Shown here piece by piece: positions 25,231 to 29,018 of a stretch of DNA of 29,018 nucleotides. Every line of letters starts with the position of its first letter. The first letter of the stretch is position 1. A program made the position numbers and the translations under genes. Source of the DNA: Thermoproteota archaeon. GTDB taxonomy: Archaea; Korarchaeota; Korarchaeia; Korarchaeales; Korarchaeaceae. The notes beneath the pieces were generated by a model. The model made no database searches and was not told the DNA's origin. It saw nothing but the letters and a program-made list of their open reading frames with translations. The stretch spans positions 1 to 29,018 of the forward strand of contig JAOZGP010000010.1 of NCBI GenBank assembly GCA_027491735.1, given 5' to 3'.

Positions 25231-25411
25231 GAAGGAGCTCCTCTACATATAAGGATCACTGAGAGGAGCGAGGGGTTGGAGATGAAATTGATGTTACAGA
25301 GAGATATCATGATCGTCATGAAGGCATGATCATTTTGTGAAGATCCTCACAGCTATCAGGTCGACCATTATAACACCTCCGTTGCGGGGTTGTATGGAGC
25401 GGAGATCACTC

Positions 25412-25427
25412 CACAGGTCGACCTGTG
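25412..25427. repeat. Perfect 16-bp palindrome
   Basis: CACAGGTCGACCTGTG; the core CAGGTCGACC recurs at 25357-25366. Confidence 0.65.
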
Positions 25428-25519
25428 AGATACTCTATAAGTTGAGACTATATGGGCTGTCCGGTTCAGCGGCCATGAGTAGGTTTTTTACCCGGAGGCG
25501 TGAGCTTCATCGGTGAAGG

Positions 25520-26047
25520 ATGATGGATCTCATCAGGGCCCTCTATCCGCTCCGAACATATCTGGTGATCTCCGGTGTTGAGAAGCCGAATGTCATGACA
25601 GCTGACTGGGTCGTGCCCCTGAGCTTTGAGCCTCCTCTGCTCGGCGTCTCGATCTCCAAGAAAAGGCACACATACTCCGTGATCAAAAGGGTTTGGGAGT
25701 TCGTCATCTCTGTCCCGAAAGTTGAGATGCTGGAGGACGTCTGGACCGCTGGCACCAAGAGCGGCAGGAATGTGAACAAATTCGAGGTGACCTCCCTGAG
25801 GACCAAGCCCTCGATGAAGGTCTCCGTTCCAAGCTTAGAGGGATGTGTGGCCAACATAGAGTGTGTGGTTGAGAGGGAAGTCGAGACGGGCGATCATGTG
25901 CTTTTCGTCGGCAGGATACTCCATGTGGATGCCTCCTCTGAAGCGTTCTCCGGAGAACTGCCCAGGAATGACTTCCCATTCCTGCTGCACCTGGGAAAGG
26001 ATGTCTTCACCACGACCTCGGGTGAGATCCTAAGGGCGGGAGGATGA
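25520..26047 (+). CDS. Flavin reductase-like (FMN-binding split barrel) protein
   Basis: LYP, PNVMTADWVVPLSFEPPL, EFVISVP, GTKSGR, ANIEC, GDHVLFVGRI. Confidence 0.92.
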   Translation: MMDLIRALYPLRTYLVISGVEKPNVMTADWVVPLSFEPPLLGVSISKKRHTYSVIKRVWEFVISVPKVEMLEDVWTAGTKSGRNVNKFEVTSLRTKPSMKVSVPSLEGCVANIECVVEREVETGDHVLFVGRILHVDASSEAFSGELPRNDFPFLLHLGKDVFTTTSGEILRAGG

Positions 26048-26322
26048 CCCCTCCACGTACCCATATGAGTGTACTGAAAAATCTCGAAAAATTGTTAGAT
26101 CAGCAAACTCGGGCCTTTAGTCTGTTAAAATGTCGATTGAGGGCCCAGCATTGAAGAACTTTCTCAACATATGGTGCTCTCTAACTCATTTAAATGAAAA
26201 ACAGGAGTTTTTATTTCCTTCAAGACAATTTTTTCCCTAGAAAAATTTTTCTATAACCTCCTTGGGACATACGTTCGGAAAACCAGACAGGAGCGACACC
26301 TCCACCTCCTTTTTATGGATGT

Positions 26323-28650
26323 TCAGGGAGTTATCACATACTCAAACCTGATCTTTACGTCTGGAGATAGGAGAACTCTTATCGTTTCCTCAGCCAAGGA
26401 GATAGCTTTGCTTGGCAGTTTCCATCCTCTGTCCAGCTCCTTGTGGCTCACAAATATCTTTATCAAGAGGTAGTTCTGAGATCTGGGATAGGAGACCTCG
26501 ACGTTTGACTCATTGATGTTGAAGATGCCGGCCACCGCCTCCTTGCAGAGGACCTCCAGATGCGGGTTCTCGTAGATGGATGCCACGGTAGCCTTGTTGA
26601 AGACCCCTACGGTGTACACAAAGGAGATCGTGAGCGCAAAGATCGCAAGCCCGTATCCGAGTAGGACCGCCTTGTTCTTCGCCTTGGTCAGGTAGACGAT
26701 TCCAGCGAAGAGCATGGTCAATATAGCCGCGCTCCTCGGAAACATGTCAAGCCTCAGAAGATATCCTACTGTCCCCCAGATCAACACCAAGATCAGTAGC
26801 TCCACAGGCATTCGATTCTTCCTGCTCTTCCTGAGATGAACCCTGAGGAGAATACCTATCAGCGCCATCAACAGGATGAGGAGTATGTATTCGGAGAACG
26901 GAAGCTTTGTGATGGGATCATAGATTCTGCCGAACACCCCCAGCACTCCCGTGAACAAGGAGGACACGTTTGTGGATATTACGAAGGCCAATATGGAGGG
27001 GGACATCACTATCAGCAGAAGCTTGGTGAACTTCCAGATCTCCCTCTCAAGAATCCTCAGGTTGGGGCTCGTCTCCGGCAGGAGGCCCATTGTCGATCTG
27101 ATCCATACAATGACCAGTTCCTTGAAGTTGGTCAGGAGCGCTACAGGATATTTCAGGAAGCCGTATTGTCCTGCGTCCTCAAGCCGGGATTCCAGAGCCG
27201 GGAGAAGGGATAGAGTGAGAACGTAGAACTTCGAGGATAGATAGCTCAGGGAGATTATTGCCACGACGTTTATGGTAAGCAGCGCTAGGGCACCCAGGGT
27301 TATGTCCACTCTGGCCATGGCTATGCCAATCCCGACCGTTGCAGCTGGAGGGACAAGGGCTATCGCTATGGCCACACCAGTAAGGGCGCCGTACTCCCTC
27401 CTCACGAAGACTATCGATCCAGCTAACCCTGCTGTCGCCGCGACGGCGACATCGCTCAGGTTGGGCATTGCCCTCTTCATGATCTCCGTCGTGGCCGCGA
27501 GGGGAAGGACCTCAGACGACACCGATGAGGATATGTAGGCCACGATCACGGATATGAGCGCGAGGGCAAGTCCTCTTTCCAAGCTCCTAACGAGAACCTC
27601 CTTAGCCCTTTGTCCGAGGTTCTCATGATCTAGGTTCAGGAAGGAGAGGGAGACCCCTGAAGAGATCATCACCGTGAGCAGGGGGGCCATCAGCATGGAT
27701 CCTATGATCGTCACCACGCTGTTTGTGAGCAGACCTGTGGTGGCCAGAACCGTGGACACCACCATGAGCAGGTACCCGGCTACGCTTATCTCAGCATCCC
27801 TCTCAGCTGCGTAAAGCATGTTTTTCGCTTTGTTTATGGCTATCATCTTCACCTTCTCCTTTACATCGTCCCTGGCCATGCTCACCACATTCTGGAGTAT
27901 CACATCGAAGTCGGAGATTATTATAGGAAGCATGGCCAGGACCATCAGGAGTACCAGGACGGACATCCTCGACACACGAGACCAAAATTCTACTGATATG
28001 GATGGATTGAAGTTGAGCGACTTTTCTATCTGTACCAAGACCCTTTGAAGGAAGGATCTAGAGTAAAAGCCCTCTAACTCACTTTTCACGCTTGAAACCC
28101 TTTTGAGGAGGGATTGGTAGTTCTCGACATCCTTAACCTCAAATTTTGATTTCAAGCTCAGCCCTCTGGCCTCAACCATAATCCTTCCTATTGTGAGATT
28201 GATCCTGCTCCAGTTCTCCGTCCTTATCTCCGAGACCTCTGAGAAAAGCACCTTGACCTCCGATATCTGCTCCCAGAGCCTGGCCAGATTCCTTCTTGAA
28301 GGCGCTACCCACAGGTCTCCGAGGAGATTGAAGCCCTTTGAGGACAGCTTCACCGTATATCTGCCAGGAGCGATATCTCCAGGTATTCTCAGAGATACCG
28401 CGGCCTCTCCATTGACTGATCGAAGCAAGATCTCTTTGGATAGAACCAACTTGCCTGAGCTTGCTATCAGATAGAAAGACGCCCGTTTCTGGCCGACCAA
28501 TCCATATACATGGAGGGTGATATTTCTCCCTGGCTCGATAACGCTTGGAGTGACGTTAAGCCCAGGGCTCTGCGCTCTGACATCAGTTGGACTGATGAGC
28601 AGGAGGATCAGAAGGATCAACACCATCAGTGAGAGGGCTGAGCTCTTCAT
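26323..28650 (-). CDS. Large membrane protein with central DUF389 (TIGR00341-like) domain
   Basis: Signal peptide, Ig-like VTPSVIEPG...PGRYTV domain, helical linker, then LATTGLLTNS, IIGSMLMAPL, EIMKRAMPN, GVAIAIALVPPA, plus additional TMs. TATA TTTATA about 25-30 nt upstream. Confidence 0.8.
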   Translation of the reverse strand: MKSSALSLMVLILLILLLISPTDVRAQSPGLNVTPSVIEPGRNITLHVYGLVGQKRASFYLIASSGKLVLSKEILLRSVNGEAAVSLRIPGDIAPGRYTVKLSSKGFNLLGDLWVAPSRRNLARLWEQISEVKVLFSEVSEIRTENWSRINLTIGRIMVEARGLSLKSKFEVKDVENYQSLLKRVSSVKSELEGFYSRSFLQRVLVQIEKSLNFNPSISVEFWSRVSRMSVLVLLMVLAMLPIIISDFDVILQNVVSMARDDVKEKVKMIAINKAKNMLYAAERDAEISVAGYLLMVVSTVLATTGLLTNSVVTIIGSMLMAPLLTVMISSGVSLSFLNLDHENLGQRAKEVLVRSLERGLALALISVIVAYISSSVSSEVLPLAATTEIMKRAMPNLSDVAVAATAGLAGSIVFVRREYGALTGVAIAIALVPPAATVGIGIAMARVDITLGALALLTINVVAIISLSYLSSKFYVLTLSLLPALESRLEDAGQYGFLKYPVALLTNFKELVIVWIRSTMGLLPETSPNLRILEREIWKFTKLLLIVMSPSILAFVISTNVSSLFTGVLGVFGRIYDPITKLPFSEYILLILLMALIGILLRVHLRKSRKNRMPVELLILVLIWGTVGYLLRLDMFPRSAAILTMLFAGIVYLTKAKNKAVLLGYGLAIFALTISFVYTVGVFNKATVASIYENPHLEVLCKEAVAGIFNINESNVEVSYPRSQNYLLIKIFVSHKELDRGWKLPSKAISLAEETIRVLLSPDVKIRFEYVITP

Positions 28651-29018
28651 CCAGTACCCGTTCCTTTTCGCTAGGATATAAAGGTTCAGGGAGTGAACTA
28701 CCGTTCTGATTCACCACTACTTTCGTAATACATGTTTCTTTTGTAGTGAAGAACCTTCCTGTCTCCGCTCATCGACAGGCGTTCAGGGAAACGGAAGCTC
28801 CCCACTGCATCTTTTTGTACCCGAGAACAGCGGGTGAGCGTGAGATCGCCACCTTCGGCCGATGGGGCTCCCATCCAGGTCATTCCCCGCAGGGCTTGAC
28901 AGCCGTCCATGGCCACATAACCCTGACCCGAGGACGAGGTGGGCTCCCTAAGGAGGTTCCATCGAGGTCCTGCTGCAGCACAACACGCTATTTGAGCGGA
29001 ATGAGGCGGCGGGGACAA

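Noticed and set aside
26048-26322. AT-rich gap with imperfect A/T inverted repeats
   Set aside because: Low complexity; adequately explained as a termination region between convergent genes.
28698-29018. 106-aa edge ORF or structural RNA (SRP, RNase P)
   Set aside because: No protein motif, no SRP helix-8 or RNase P conserved motifs, and the region is cut by the window edge.

Overview
Archaeal genomic window, judged from BRE/TATA promoters, GGAGGTGA-type SD sites, leaderless genes and archaeal gene families. The lineage cannot be fixed from sequence alone, although the AGG/GAG/CTC-rich backbone would fit a thermophilic TACK-type archaeon. It has two compositional parts. (1) Bases 1 to ~7780 are a visibly AT-richer surface-glycan island: ugd-galU-uxs (UDP-xylose pathway) and a polytopic GT-C-like membrane protein. 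Behind that gene lies a repeating structure in which three unrelated toxin-antitoxin modules each sit directly after a copy of the membrane gene's 3' end. The island closes with a tnpB fragment and an IS200/IS605-like end hairpin. (2) The GC-richer backbone holds a membrane-anchored GH99-like glycosidase, a SAM-methyltransferase/ATP-grasp (Ddl-like) fusion, a heptad-repeat PD-(D/E)XK protein, a PAPS-generating cluster (RHH, sat, cysC, TauE, convergent alkaline-phosphatase-superfamily enzyme, no reductases), a GNAT, trmO/tsaA, an HTH-PRTase regulator, a BMP-type nucleoside ABC transporter, a flavin reductase and an extended DUF389 protein. The best candidates for undescribed systems are the '3'-end + TA' cassette array, the PAPS/AP-superfamily cluster with a shared KLxxLGY tail, and the MTase-ATP-grasp fusion. 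All family calls come from motif recognition by eye; no searches were run.
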